Assembly (NCBI GenBank): GCA_965203555.1
Contig: CBDBCY010000004.1
Location: 2,944,001-3,008,000, forward strand
Length of the DNA: 64,000 nucleotides
From: Acidimicrobiia bacterium
GTDB lineage: Bacteria > Actinomycetota > Acidimicrobiia > Spongiisociales > ZC4RG35
Reading direction: 5' to 3'
The position numbers were made by a program, and so were the translations under genes. The notes under the pieces are model-generated. The model was not told the origin of the DNA. It searched no databases and saw nothing but the letters and a program-made list of their open reading frames with translations. Positions 55,513 through 64,000 of this stretch are shown here, piece by piece; position 1 is the stretch's first letter, and each line of letters opens with the position of its first letter.

Positions 55513-57261
55513 ATGACCATAAAGTACGACCTCCAAAACCTCCGGGGAGATGTTCTGGGTGGGATCACCTCGGCCGTGGTGCTGTTGCCGATGGCCCTGG
55601 CCTACGGTGTGGTGTCCGGCCTGGGAGTCATCCCCGGACTGTACGGAGCGGTGGCGGTGGGACTCTTTGCTTCGCTGTTCTGGGGCACTCAGGCGCTGAT
55701 CTCGGGGCCGACCGGCCCGATGGCGGTGGCCATGGCGGTGGTGGTGGGGAGTTATGCCGAGACTCTCACCGAGGCGTTCACCATCGTGATCATGGCCGGG
55801 GTTATCCAGATCATTCTGGGAGTGATCAAGATGGGCCGCTACGTGGCATACACCCCCTATTCGGTTATATCGGGGTTCACCTCGGGGGTGGGTGTCATCA
55901 TCGTCCTGCTGCAGGTATTGCCGTTCCTGGGGGCGTCCTCCCCCGGCGGCGGGACGGTGGGAGCGATCCGCGCCATGCCCGCGGCTGTGGGGGAAGTCAA
56001 CGTCGATGCTCTGCTAATCGCCCTGGCCACTCTGCTGGTGGCCATCTTCTGGCCGAAGAGGTTCAGGAGGGCCCTGCCACCCACCCTGGCGGCGCTGATA
56101 GCGGGAACCCTGCTCGGGGTGATGTGGCTTAGAGGCGCGCCGCTCATCGGTGAAGTACCCGCCGGCCTGCCGGACCTGATCGATACCCACACCGTCCTCC
56201 AACACATGGTTTCCTCCTTCCAACCGGCGTTGGTGCTGGCGTTGCTCGCTTCCATAAACACCCTGCTCATGTCCTTGATTGCCGATTCGATGACCCGCAC
56301 CACCCATCAGCCGAACCGGGAGTTGGTGGGCCAGGGGGTGGGGAACATCTTCTCGGGGCTGTTCGGAGGGATGCCGGGAGCGGGAAACATCCCCGCCACG
56401 GTGGTGAACGCCCGGATCGGGGGGAGGTCACCGCTGTCGGGAGTGCTGTGCTCTCTGGTCCTGCTGACCCTCCTGCTGGGAGTGGGCCGGTATGTGGCGG
56501 AGATTCCCCACGCGGTCCTGGCCGGGATCCTGATGAAAGTCGGATGGGATATCATCGACTGGAAGTTCATCGCCCGTATCCATCGAGTACAGCGGGAACA
56601 CCTGGTGGTGATGGCCATCACCCTGGGTCTTACGGTCTTCGCCGACCTGCTAACCGCCATCATGCTGGGTCTGATCGTGGCTGCGCTGGTCAGCGCCAGG
56701 CAGGTCGAGTACCTGGAACTGGACAGCGTGATCTCCGTCCCGCTGCTCGACATCAGTTTTCTGGCGGACGAGGAAGAGGAAGATGAGACGGCGGATCTGG
56801 ACAGCATGCTGAGTCTCTTGGGCGGCGACGAAGAGGATGAGGAAGATGAGAGTGAGGCTGACGCTCTGGATGGCTTGCTGAGCCTGCTGGGCGATGACGA
56901 TGACGAGGATGAGTTCGATCCCTTCTCCGCCCGTTGCGGCCTGGTCTCCTTCCGGGGGCATTTCACGGTGGCGTCCTCCAACCGCATGTTCAGCACCATT
57001 AGCGTGGACATTCAGGATCACGAGGTGGTGATCCTCGACTTCTCCCAGACCAATTACATGGACGACAGCGCCGCCTTCGTGGTGGAGCGGTTGATCGATG
57101 TGGCCATCGCCGAGGACACCGAGTGCATCGTCATGGGTCTGCAAGGTCCGGTGGGAAAGAGCCTGCGGAAACTTCACATCCTCCGAAAGATCTCCGAGGA
57201 TCGTTACGTGGAGAATATGGACGAGGCGAAGGAACTGGCCAAGCAGATACTCGGGATCTGA
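55513..57261 (+). CDS. SulP/SLC26 (BicA-like) anion permease with STAS domain, copy 1, with acidic insert
   Basis: GD-x-x-GG-x-T...LPMALAYG, ISGPTGPM, PYSVISGF, ELVGQG-x-GN, STAS motif ILDFSQTNYMDDSAA. Confidence 0.92.
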   Translation: MTIKYDLQNLRGDVLGGITSAVVLLPMALAYGVVSGLGVIPGLYGAVAVGLFASLFWGTQALISGPTGPMAVAMAVVVGSYAETLTEAFTIVIMAGVIQIILGVIKMGRYVAYTPYSVISGFTSGVGVIIVLLQVLPFLGASSPGGGTVGAIRAMPAAVGEVNVDALLIALATLLVAIFWPKRFRRALPPTLAALIAGTLLGVMWLRGAPLIGEVPAGLPDLIDTHTVLQHMVSSFQPALVLALLASINTLLMSLIADSMTRTTHQPNRELVGQGVGNIFSGLFGGMPGAGNIPATVVNARIGGRSPLSGVLCSLVLLTLLLGVGRYVAEIPHAVLAGILMKVGWDIIDWKFIARIHRVQREHLVVMAITLGLTVFADLLTAIMLGLIVAALVSARQVEYLELDSVISVPLLDISFLADEEEEDETADLDSMLSLLGGDEEDEEDESEADALDGLLSLLGDDDDEDEFDPFSARCGLVSFRGHFTVASSNRMFSTISVDIQDHEVVILDFSQTNYMDDSAAFVVERLIDVAIAEDTECIVMGLQGPVGKSLRKLHILRKISEDRYVENMDEAKELAKQILGI

Positions 57262-57468
57262 AGCCGATACGCGGGTTGGGGAACGGTTCCTTCCTCACCC
57301 GCCTCAACTGGACCGGTGCCGCCTTCGGTCACCAGAGGACAGCCGAAGCCGGAGTGTCGATTTCGGCGGGGCGCCCGGCGATTTCCTACCGGAGTGGCGC
57401 CGCAGACAGCCTGAAGCTTCGTAAGGATTATATTTCGCCCTGCATGGGAAACTCCAGGGAGATGCCTG

Positions 57469-59082
57469 ATGAGATATGACCTGGAGGCGTTCAGAGGAGA
57501 CCTGTTCGGGGGGATCACCTCTGCCGTGGTTTCCCTCCCGATGGCCCTGGCATTTGGCGTGGTCTCCGGATTGGGAGCTCTGGCCGGCCTGTACGGAGCG
57601 ATCGCGGTGGGTTTTTTCGCGGCCCTCTTCGGGGGGACGCGGTCCCTGATTTCGGGTCCCACCGGCCCGATGTCGGTGGTAATGGCCGTCATTGTCACCA
57701 GCTATGTCGACAGTCTCACCGAGGCGTTCACCATAGTGATGATGGCAGGGATCATTCAGATCCTCTTGGGTCTGTTGAGAATCGGACGCTTCATTGCCTA
57801 CACGCCGTACTCGGTGATATCGGGCTTCATGTCGGGTATCGGAGTGATCATCATCTTGTTGCAGACCATGCCCTTCCTGGGAGCGCCGGGCGCCGAGGGC
57901 GGTCCCATCGGAACTATCCGCGCTCTGCCGCAGGCAATAGTCGACATCAACGTAAATGCCTTTGTGATTGCGGCGGTGACTCTTGCGGTAGCTGTGCTGT
58001 GGCCGAAGGGTCTCCGTAGGATCCTGCCTCCGTTCCTCGCTGCCCTCATTGCTGGAACCTTGTTTGGTCTGTGGCTTGCCGATACGCCCCTCATCGGCAG
58101 TGTGCCCACGGGTCTGCCTGAGGTGTGGTTGCCGGGTCTCACTGTCGAGGTATTGACGGGGGCGGTGCAACCGGCTTTGACGCTGGCCCTTCTGGGCGCC
58201 ATCGACAGCCTGCTCACTGCGCTGATTGCTGATTCGATCACCCGGACCCGACACAGACCCGATCAAGAGTTGGTGGGTCAGGGCATCGGCAATGCCATCG
58301 CCGGTTTCTTGGGGGGCCTACCGGGGGCTGGGAACACCCTGGGGACGGTGGTGAACGCCCGGGCCGGGGGGCTGACGAGAGTGTCCGGGATGACGTGCGC
58401 GGTGATTCTTTTTGCACTGGTCATGGGCCTGGGGAGATTCGTGGAAAGTATTCCTCTTGCAGTCCTGGCCGGCATTCTGACGAAAGTCGGCTGGGACATC
58501 ATCGACTGGAAGTTTCTGGTCCGCGTCCGTTATATCAAGCGGGAGCAACTGGTGGTGATGGTTACAACCTTGGGGCTGACTGTCTTCCTTGATCTGGTAA
58601 CGGCAGTGGTGGTGGGTCTGGTGGTGGCCGGGATGGTGAGCGCCCTGAAGTTGGAGAGCCTGGAATTGGACAACGTGGTTTCCGTGCCATTGCTGGACAA
58701 CACTTTCCTGGAGGACGCAGAGGGCTCGGGCGAGGTGGACCCTTTCTCGGCGCGGGTGGGTCTGGTGGCGTTCAGGGGGATCTACACGGTTGCTTCTTCC
58801 AACAAGATGGTCGCCGCGTTGAGCGTGGACATCCAGGAACATGAGGTGGTGATCCTTGACTTCTCGGAAACCGACTACATGGACGACAGCGCGGCCTTGG
58901 TGGTCGGACAGTTGATCGATGTGGCGATTGCCGAGGACACCGAATGCGTCGTAATGGGCTTTGAAGGTCCGGTCACCGACAGTCTCCATGCGCTGGACGT
59001 CTTGCGAAGAGTGCCCCCCGATCGCTTCGTTTCCGACATGGACGAAGCGCGGGCTGTCTCCTTGAAAATCTTGGGGACTTAG
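57469..59082 (+). CDS. SulP/SLC26 (BicA-like) anion permease with STAS domain, copy 2
   Basis: Same motifs as copy 1; clear paralogue. Confidence 0.92.
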   Translation: MRYDLEAFRGDLFGGITSAVVSLPMALAFGVVSGLGALAGLYGAIAVGFFAALFGGTRSLISGPTGPMSVVMAVIVTSYVDSLTEAFTIVMMAGIIQILLGLLRIGRFIAYTPYSVISGFMSGIGVIIILLQTMPFLGAPGAEGGPIGTIRALPQAIVDINVNAFVIAAVTLAVAVLWPKGLRRILPPFLAALIAGTLFGLWLADTPLIGSVPTGLPEVWLPGLTVEVLTGAVQPALTLALLGAIDSLLTALIADSITRTRHRPDQELVGQGIGNAIAGFLGGLPGAGNTLGTVVNARAGGLTRVSGMTCAVILFALVMGLGRFVESIPLAVLAGILTKVGWDIIDWKFLVRVRYIKREQLVVMVTTLGLTVFLDLVTAVVVGLVVAGMVSALKLESLELDNVVSVPLLDNTFLEDAEGSGEVDPFSARVGLVAFRGIYTVASSNKMVAALSVDIQEHEVVILDFSETDYMDDSAALVVGQLIDVAIAEDTECVVMGFEGPVTDSLHALDVLRRVPPDRFVSDMDEARAVSLKILGT

Positions 59083-59107
59083 GGTCGTCACTTGGGGGCA
59101 GGGTTTC

Positions 59108-60046
59108 TCAAGGCAAAAGCGAGTAGCGGACTCCGGTGAGTTGTACGGAGGCTTTCCAAAGATTCTCCGCGGCTGTGGCATTGCGGGAAGCGGCGGTGGA
59201 GGACACAACTCCCGGGAACCCCCGCTGACCGGCAAATCCCCGCGGGCCGTAGTATTGACCGCCTCTGGCCTTCGGATCCACCGCGGCGCGGAGAGTCGGC
59301 AGGGCGCCCATGGCGGCGCTCTGGACAATGCCTGAAGTGAGCATTCCCGAGAACCGGAACGTCCGGTGGCCGTGAAGATGGTTTCCGATGTTGGTTGTAG
59401 CCATCCCGGGATGGCAGGCTATCGCCAGCGCCTCCGCCCCGGCATTCGTGAAACGCCGCTGGAGTTCGAAGGTGAACAGTAGGTTGGCGAGTTTCGACCG
59501 GCAATAGGCCCGGAACGGAGAGTACCCACCGTTTTCGAACAGAAGGTTGCCGAAGTCCATACGCCCCAGCCGATGAGCGGTGCTGCTCACATTCACCACC
59601 CGCGCTCCCGGGGTGCTCAGCAGCATCTCCAGCAGCCTGCCGGTCAGGGCGAAGTGGCCGAGATGGTTGATGCCCATCTGGCTCTCGAAGCCGTCCTCGG
59701 TGTGCGAATAGGGGACGGCCATGATCCCGGCGTTGTTGACCAGCACATCGAGCCGCGAGTGGGTCTGTGTGAAATCTCGGGCGAATCGCTTTATGGAGGA
59801 GAGGCCGGCCAGGTCGAGCGCCATCAGTTGGAGCTTGGCGTCGGGCAGATGCTCCTTCAGGTCTTCGACGGACCGCTCCCCGCGTTCTGCAGAGCGGCAG
59901 GCGAGGATGGTGTGGGCGCCCTTGCGGGCCAGTTCTCTGGCGGTCTCCAACCCGATTCCGCTGTTGGCGCCCGTGACCACGGCGATCTTGCCGGCCAAGT
60001 CGGGGATGTCCTCGGCGGTCCACCGATGGGAGTCACTGTGGGACAT
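59108..60046 (-). CDS. Short-chain dehydrogenase/reductase (retinol dehydrogenase-like)
   Basis: VTGANSGIG, LVNNAGIM, NHLGHF, YCRSK, HPG. ATG at 60046. Confidence 0.92.
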   Translation of the reverse strand: MSHSDSHRWTAEDIPDLAGKIAVVTGANSGIGLETARELARKGAHTILACRSAERGERSVEDLKEHLPDAKLQLMALDLAGLSSIKRFARDFTQTHSRLDVLVNNAGIMAVPYSHTEDGFESQMGINHLGHFALTGRLLEMLLSTPGARVVNVSSTAHRLGRMDFGNLLFENGGYSPFRAYCRSKLANLLFTFELQRRFTNAGAEALAIACHPGMATTNIGNHLHGHRTFRFSGMLTSGIVQSAAMGALPTLRAAVDPKARGGQYYGPRGFAGQRGFPGVVSSTAASRNATAAENLWKASVQLTGVRYSLLP

Positions 60047-60062
60047 GGTCTGCTTAACTCGA

Positions 60063-61151
60063 CTACCGGGCGGGAGGTGGGTAGAGAAGTCCTCCATCAG
60101 AGTAGAGGGCGTTGAATCCGCGTTCGAGGCCCAGGGGGGTGAGGTGCCGGTCGTAAACCTCGGCATAGTTGCCGACCTGCTTGATCACTTGATAGAAGGC
60201 GTCGGCCGAAAGGCCCATCTTGGTCTGCAATTCGTCCTCCGTGGCGCCGAACAGGCGGCTTGCCTCTCCGTCCACGTTCAGCATGTCATCGATGTTTGAG
60301 GAGTTGATGCCCTTCTCCTCGGCGATCAGCATGGCGAACACGGTCCATGTGACCACATCGCCGAATCGGGACTGGTTCTGGATCCAGCCGGGACCGAGCG
60401 GTTCCTTGGAGATGGGGACCGGCGGGAAGATCACCCAGTCTTCGGCTCCCGGGCCCTTGCCGGCTTTCCGGGACACCAAAGCCGACTCGTCGCCGGTGAC
60501 CACATCGCAGGCGCCGGATTGGAAGTTCTCCAGCACCAGGTTGGCATCCTCGAAGGTGTTCAAAGTGATCTCGACTCCCAGCGCCGCAGCGGTCTCGCTG
60601 ATGTTCTTCTCGGTTGTGGTGCCGGCGTTGGCGCACACCACCGCGCCTTCTATCTCCTCCAGGGTGGACGTGGAGTTGAATCCGGCGGCGCCCTTGGCCA
60701 TCAATTTCTGGCCGTCGTAGTAGGTGGTCGGTCCGAAGTCGAGACCCAGGTCGGTGTCGCGGCCCTGGGTATAGGTGGTGTTTCGACTCAGGAGGTCGAT
60801 CAAGCCCGAGGCCACCGCCTCGAAACGGGTGGCGGAGATGAGCGGTTGGTATCTGACTGCTTGGGCATCGCCGAGAATCGCAGCCGCCACCGCCCGACAC
60901 AGATCCACGTCGAAGCCCACAAAAGCGCCCGAGGAGTCCCTGTATCCGAACCCGGGAAGAATCTCGTTTATACCGCAACTCAGTTCACCGCGGGCCAGCA
61001 CCACATCAAGAAGGTCCTGCTCGACAGGAGCAAGGCCCGGCGCCCGGGTGGTGACGGGAGCTTCCGTGGTTGTGGCGTCCCCGGCGCCGTCGTCGCCACA
61101 GCCGGCAACCACCGGCATCAGGATCAAAAGCGCGACTGCCGCTCTTTTCAC
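60063..61151 (-). CDS. Amino acid ABC transporter substrate-binding lipoprotein (AapJ/BztA-like)
   Basis: Lipobox VAGC, GFDVDLCRAVAAA, SRNTT-x-T-x-x-RD, YYDGQ, ISKEPLGP, VGNY-x-E, GGLLY-x-PP-x-R. Confidence 0.9.
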   Translation of the reverse strand: MKRAAVALLILMPVVAGCGDDGAGDATTTEAPVTTRAPGLAPVEQDLLDVVLARGELSCGINEILPGFGYRDSSGAFVGFDVDLCRAVAAAILGDAQAVRYQPLISATRFEAVASGLIDLLSRNTTYTQGRDTDLGLDFGPTTYYDGQKLMAKGAAGFNSTSTLEEIEGAVVCANAGTTTEKNISETAAALGVEITLNTFEDANLVLENFQSGACDVVTGDESALVSRKAGKGPGAEDWVIFPPVPISKEPLGPGWIQNQSRFGDVVTWTVFAMLIAEEKGINSSNIDDMLNVDGEASRLFGATEDELQTKMGLSADAFYQVIKQVGNYAEVYDRHLTPLGLERGFNALYSDGGLLYPPPAR

Positions 61152-61274
61152 CGTATGTCCATTCGAATCGGTATAAGGCCCGGGTGCGGATCCCCAAACC
61201 CTATCTTATAGTCGGAGACAGGCAGGAGACCGTGGACTCTCGGTGGCAGCGATGCCGATCGGTCAACCTCCCCG

Positions 61275-62084
61275 TCATATCCAGGTGGTTTCCCCCTGGG
61301 AGGCAGAGGCAGAAAGGTCGATCCAGAGTTCTGCTTCGGGGATCTCCGTCACAATCGTGGCGGGCCAGGAGGGGTCATAGGCTGTTGCGGCAGTGATCCA
61401 CTCCACCGTGCGGCGTTTCTCCGGGCCGAGGCACACCATAACGGCCGAGCGGCTCTGGTCGGCAATGGTTCCGACCCCCACCGTGACTCCGTGCTCGGGA
61501 ACTTCGTCCAGCGAATTGAAGTCGGGGAAAGTAACCATGTTGTCGGTGCGAGTCTCGGCGGCGAGTTCCACGATGCGGGTGCTGGAGTCTCGAGGGCTTC
61601 CCGCAGGGTTGAAGGCGACGTGACCGTCGGAGGCGCCGCTGGCCAGGAGGAACAGGTCTATTCCTCCCGCCCGGGCGATGAGACGGTCATACCGGGACGG
61701 ATCGGCCGGGTCGGGCATCCAGATCCGGTCTCTCCCCGGGGCGCCGGGCAGGTCCGCCAGCGGCTTGGCGATCTCTTGGACGGCGAATCGCCGGCAGGAG
61801 TAGTGGGCGTCGAACGATACATGTTCGAAACCGTCGTCTGTGGGTCTGAGGTAGTCGTCCATCATCACGATCACCAACGGCGAGAGGTCGACTGATTGCT
61901 CGGCGGCGTGCCGGTTCAACATCCGGTAGGTGGTGAGAAGGCTCCTTCCGCCCGGGCATCCCAGCAGATACGGGCGCCCGGCGCCTGTTGCTGCCGAGAC
62001 TTCTCTGATGATCCGCCGGGCCAGCGCCGACCCAAGGGCTCTGCCATCGTCGAAGACCCGTGGAGCAAGGGGCACAGGCAGCAT
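61275..62084 (-). CDS. Glucosamine-6-phosphate deaminase/6-phosphogluconolactonase (NagB-like) family protein
   Basis: LGCPGGRS, MMDDY, GGIDL...DGHVAFN, TVGVGTI, PAT. ATG at 62084 overlaps the upstream stop. Confidence 0.82.
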   Translation of the reverse strand: MLPVPLAPRVFDDGRALGSALARRIIREVSAATGAGRPYLLGCPGGRSLLTTYRMLNRHAAEQSVDLSPLVIVMMDDYLRPTDDGFEHVSFDAHYSCRRFAVQEIAKPLADLPGAPGRDRIWMPDPADPSRYDRLIARAGGIDLFLLASGASDGHVAFNPAGSPRDSSTRIVELAAETRTDNMVTFPDFNSLDEVPEHGVTVGVGTIADQSRSAVMVCLGPEKRRTVEWITAATAYDPSWPATIVTEIPEAELWIDLSASASQGETTWI

Positions 62085-62995
62085 CAGAGTCGGGGGGACA
62101 ATGTTTGTTCCACCAGGCGGATCCACTCCAGATTGGCGGCTTGTACCGCGATCACGGTGTCCAGTTGCTCGCCCGAGAGTACGGGAGCGCGGTCCTGCTC
62201 GACCACCACCCAGCCTTCATAGCGGGCTTCTGACAGGCGAGCGAGGAACTCCTCGAGCCTCAGGTCCCCCTGACCCAGGGGAGTGGACACCTCCGCCCAC
62301 CAGACATCGAAGTCCCGCCGACCCTCCGTCCTGGCCTGTTCCATGACATCGTGACGCACATCCTTGAGATGGACGTGGTTGATCCGGTCCCGCCAGGCGT
62401 CCCAGCATTCCAGCAGGTTCCCTCCTCCCAGCGAAATGTGGCCGGTGTCGAAGGTCAGGTCGATGTCGGTGGCGTGGAGGAGCCTCTCGATTTCGCCAGG
62501 GCTCTCCACATAGGTGCTGACATGGGGATGGAAGGAGGGCGTCAGTCCCTGCCGGCGAATGGTGGCCGCCAACCGGTCGACCGCCTCGGTGAGTTCGCCG
62601 AACGCCCCGGCACTGAGGGCATGAGTGGGGTCGTTACCCCGGCCGGGGTTGTGGAGCAGTGCTTCGCTGCCCTCATCGGCGAGGATGGCCAGACGAGGAC
62701 CGGCGCGGGTCGCCTGCAGTTCGGACAGGGCCTCTTCCATGCGGGCTTCATCCGCCGCCCGCCGGGCGGGGTCGGCAAAATGGATGGGGATGTAGATTCC
62801 CACCGGTGACAAACCGTGCAATTCGAACAGCCGGGCGGCTGCTCCGGGAGGGCCGGCATACCCGGCGGGCGGGAACTCGGCGCCCTGGTATCCGCAGGCC
62901 GCCATGGCCGCTGCCAGTTGGTCGGCCGAGACGCCCGCGCCGTCCTCCGGGGGACCGTAAACGCCGAAACTGACCGGCGCCGTTCCGAATTTCAC
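62084..62995 (-). CDS. Sugar phosphate isomerase/epimerase TIM-barrel protein (IolE inosose dehydratase-like)
   Basis: APVSFG, FHPH-x-x-T-x-VE, FDTGH, HVHLKD, LG-x-GD, WVVVEQD. Confidence 0.82.
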   Translation of the reverse strand: MKFGTAPVSFGVYGPPEDGAGVSADQLAAAMAACGYQGAEFPPAGYAGPPGAAARLFELHGLSPVGIYIPIHFADPARRAADEARMEEALSELQATRAGPRLAILADEGSEALLHNPGRGNDPTHALSAGAFGELTEAVDRLAATIRRQGLTPSFHPHVSTYVESPGEIERLLHATDIDLTFDTGHISLGGGNLLECWDAWRDRINHVHLKDVRHDVMEQARTEGRRDFDVWWAEVSTPLGQGDLRLEEFLARLSEARYEGWVVVEQDRAPVLSGEQLDTVIAVQAANLEWIRLVEQTLSPRL

Positions 62996-64000
62996 AGACG
63001 ACTTCCCGCCTCGCCGCCGGCCGTCAGCCCTTGACCGGCCGCCATGACCGCCACCATGTCCTGTAACCAGGCTATATCCTCCCGGGCGCCCAGGGCGTCC
63101 TCGGGATGCCTGCCGGTGGTGACGGCCTCATGAAAGTGCCGCAGTTCCCTGACGAAGGCCGACTCCGTTCCCCCAGGGTGACGAGCGACGGTCTCTTCAC
63201 TGTTAATGGTCAAAGTAGCTGCTCTTTTTTGCAAATAGGGGTTGGGAAACCGCAGTTCCATTGATCCCTTGGTTCCGTGCGCCTGGAATGACTCACGGTA
63301 GGCGGGGTAGGAGGGAAGCCAGAGCCAGGTCATCTCCACTCTGCTGTGATCCGGGTAGACACCGTGGGCCAGGAAGCAGGGCGGTTCGGTTGCGGACCGA
63401 AGCGGCGAGGGGGGCCACAGGTCGGCGGAGGTGAGTCGGGGAAGTTTCCCCAGCACCCCCCGGAGGAAGGAGACGCAGTGGATGAAGGAGGCCGCCAGCA
63501 CCTCCCGGTAGAGGCGACCCCACTCGGCCGGCAGGTCTCCCAGGGCCTCGATGGTGCGGGTCTGCTCGAAGGCGGCCGCCTCGGTCAGGACGCGGTGGTC
63601 GATGTCGTCGAAGCGCAACGTAGTGGCCGGACCGAGGCAGACTGCATCGTCGGGGTGGTGGACGGTGTGACGGAAGAGCCGCGGCTCCCCGATCTTCTCC
63701 AGTCCGCCTGCCATTTCGGGGAGCACCTGTTCGTGAAGCTTCATGTATCCGATCTGCAGGGTCAGTCTTCGGCTCGAAGCCAGGTTGTGGAGCCGTTCGG
63801 CGCCCTCCACCGTCAGGCACAGGGGTTTCTCCGAGAACACGTGCCTTCCGGCTAGCAGCGCTCCCTCGGTTACCTGCTCGTGGGCACCGGAGGTGAGGAT
63901 CAACACCGCTTCCACCTGCGGATGGGAGCAGATCTCCCGCCAGTTGGTGGAGGTGAATACCGCTCCGGGTAGCCGGTCGGCGATCGCCTGGTTGAGTTTG
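62992..64000 (-). CDS. Gfo/Idh/MocA-family oxidoreductase, 5'-truncated by the window edge
   Basis: AGRHVFSEKP, QIGYMK. Frame stays open to the window end. Confidence 0.85.
   Translation of the reverse strand, partial: KLNQAIADRLPGAVFTSTNWREICSHPQVEAVLILTSGAHEQVTEGALLAGRHVFSEKPLCLTVEGAERLHNLASSRRLTLQIGYMKLHEQVLPEMAGGLEKIGEPRLFRHTVHHPDDAVCLGPATTLRFDDIDHRVLTEAAAFEQTRTIEALGDLPAEWGRLYREVLAASFIHCVSFLRGVLGKLPRLTSADLWPPSPLRSATEPPCFLAHGVYPDHSRVEMTWLWLPSYPAYRESFQAHGTKGSMELRFPNPYLQKRAATLTINSEETVARHPGGTESAFVRELRHFHEAVTTGRHPEDALGAREDIAWLQDMVAVMAAGQGLTAGGEAGSRL

Overview
GC-rich bacterial chromosomal segment, most likely from an actinobacterium such as Acidimicrobiia. This is an inference from ino1, a TIGR03084-like gene, UPF0182 followed by tRNA-fMet, and Thr/Ala-linker lipoproteins. 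Most of the window is catabolic and transport genes: biotin carboxylase, two tandem 3-hydroxyacid dehydrogenases, a hydantoinase-like enzyme, lactonase/aldolase, a form II CoxL-like molybdoenzyme, a sugar ABC cluster, E1 alpha/beta, ABC-2 exporters, acyl-CoA dehydrogenase, two SulP paralogues and inositol-type genes. It also carries a class II ribonucleotide reductase with a 431-aa LAGLIDADG intein. Several candidate conflict/defence modules are embedded: (i) an AbiEii-type nucleotidyltransferase pair; (ii) a PHP-domain/SMC-like ABC ATPase with substituted metal ligands, tightly linked to a Schlafen/AlbA_2-HATPase gene; (iii) downstream of tRNA-fMet, an AAA_14/DUF4143-type ATPase-nuclease preceded by an AT-rich ~23-bp-period repeat array with a 74-bp higher-order repeat; (iv) a translationally coupled DUF6361-like/PLD/SF2-helicase triplet (possibly Azaca-like); (v) a phd/doc-like pair whose doc is split by two frameshifts. 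No integrase, transposase or CRISPR array was seen. All family calls come from motif recognition by eye, not from database searches.
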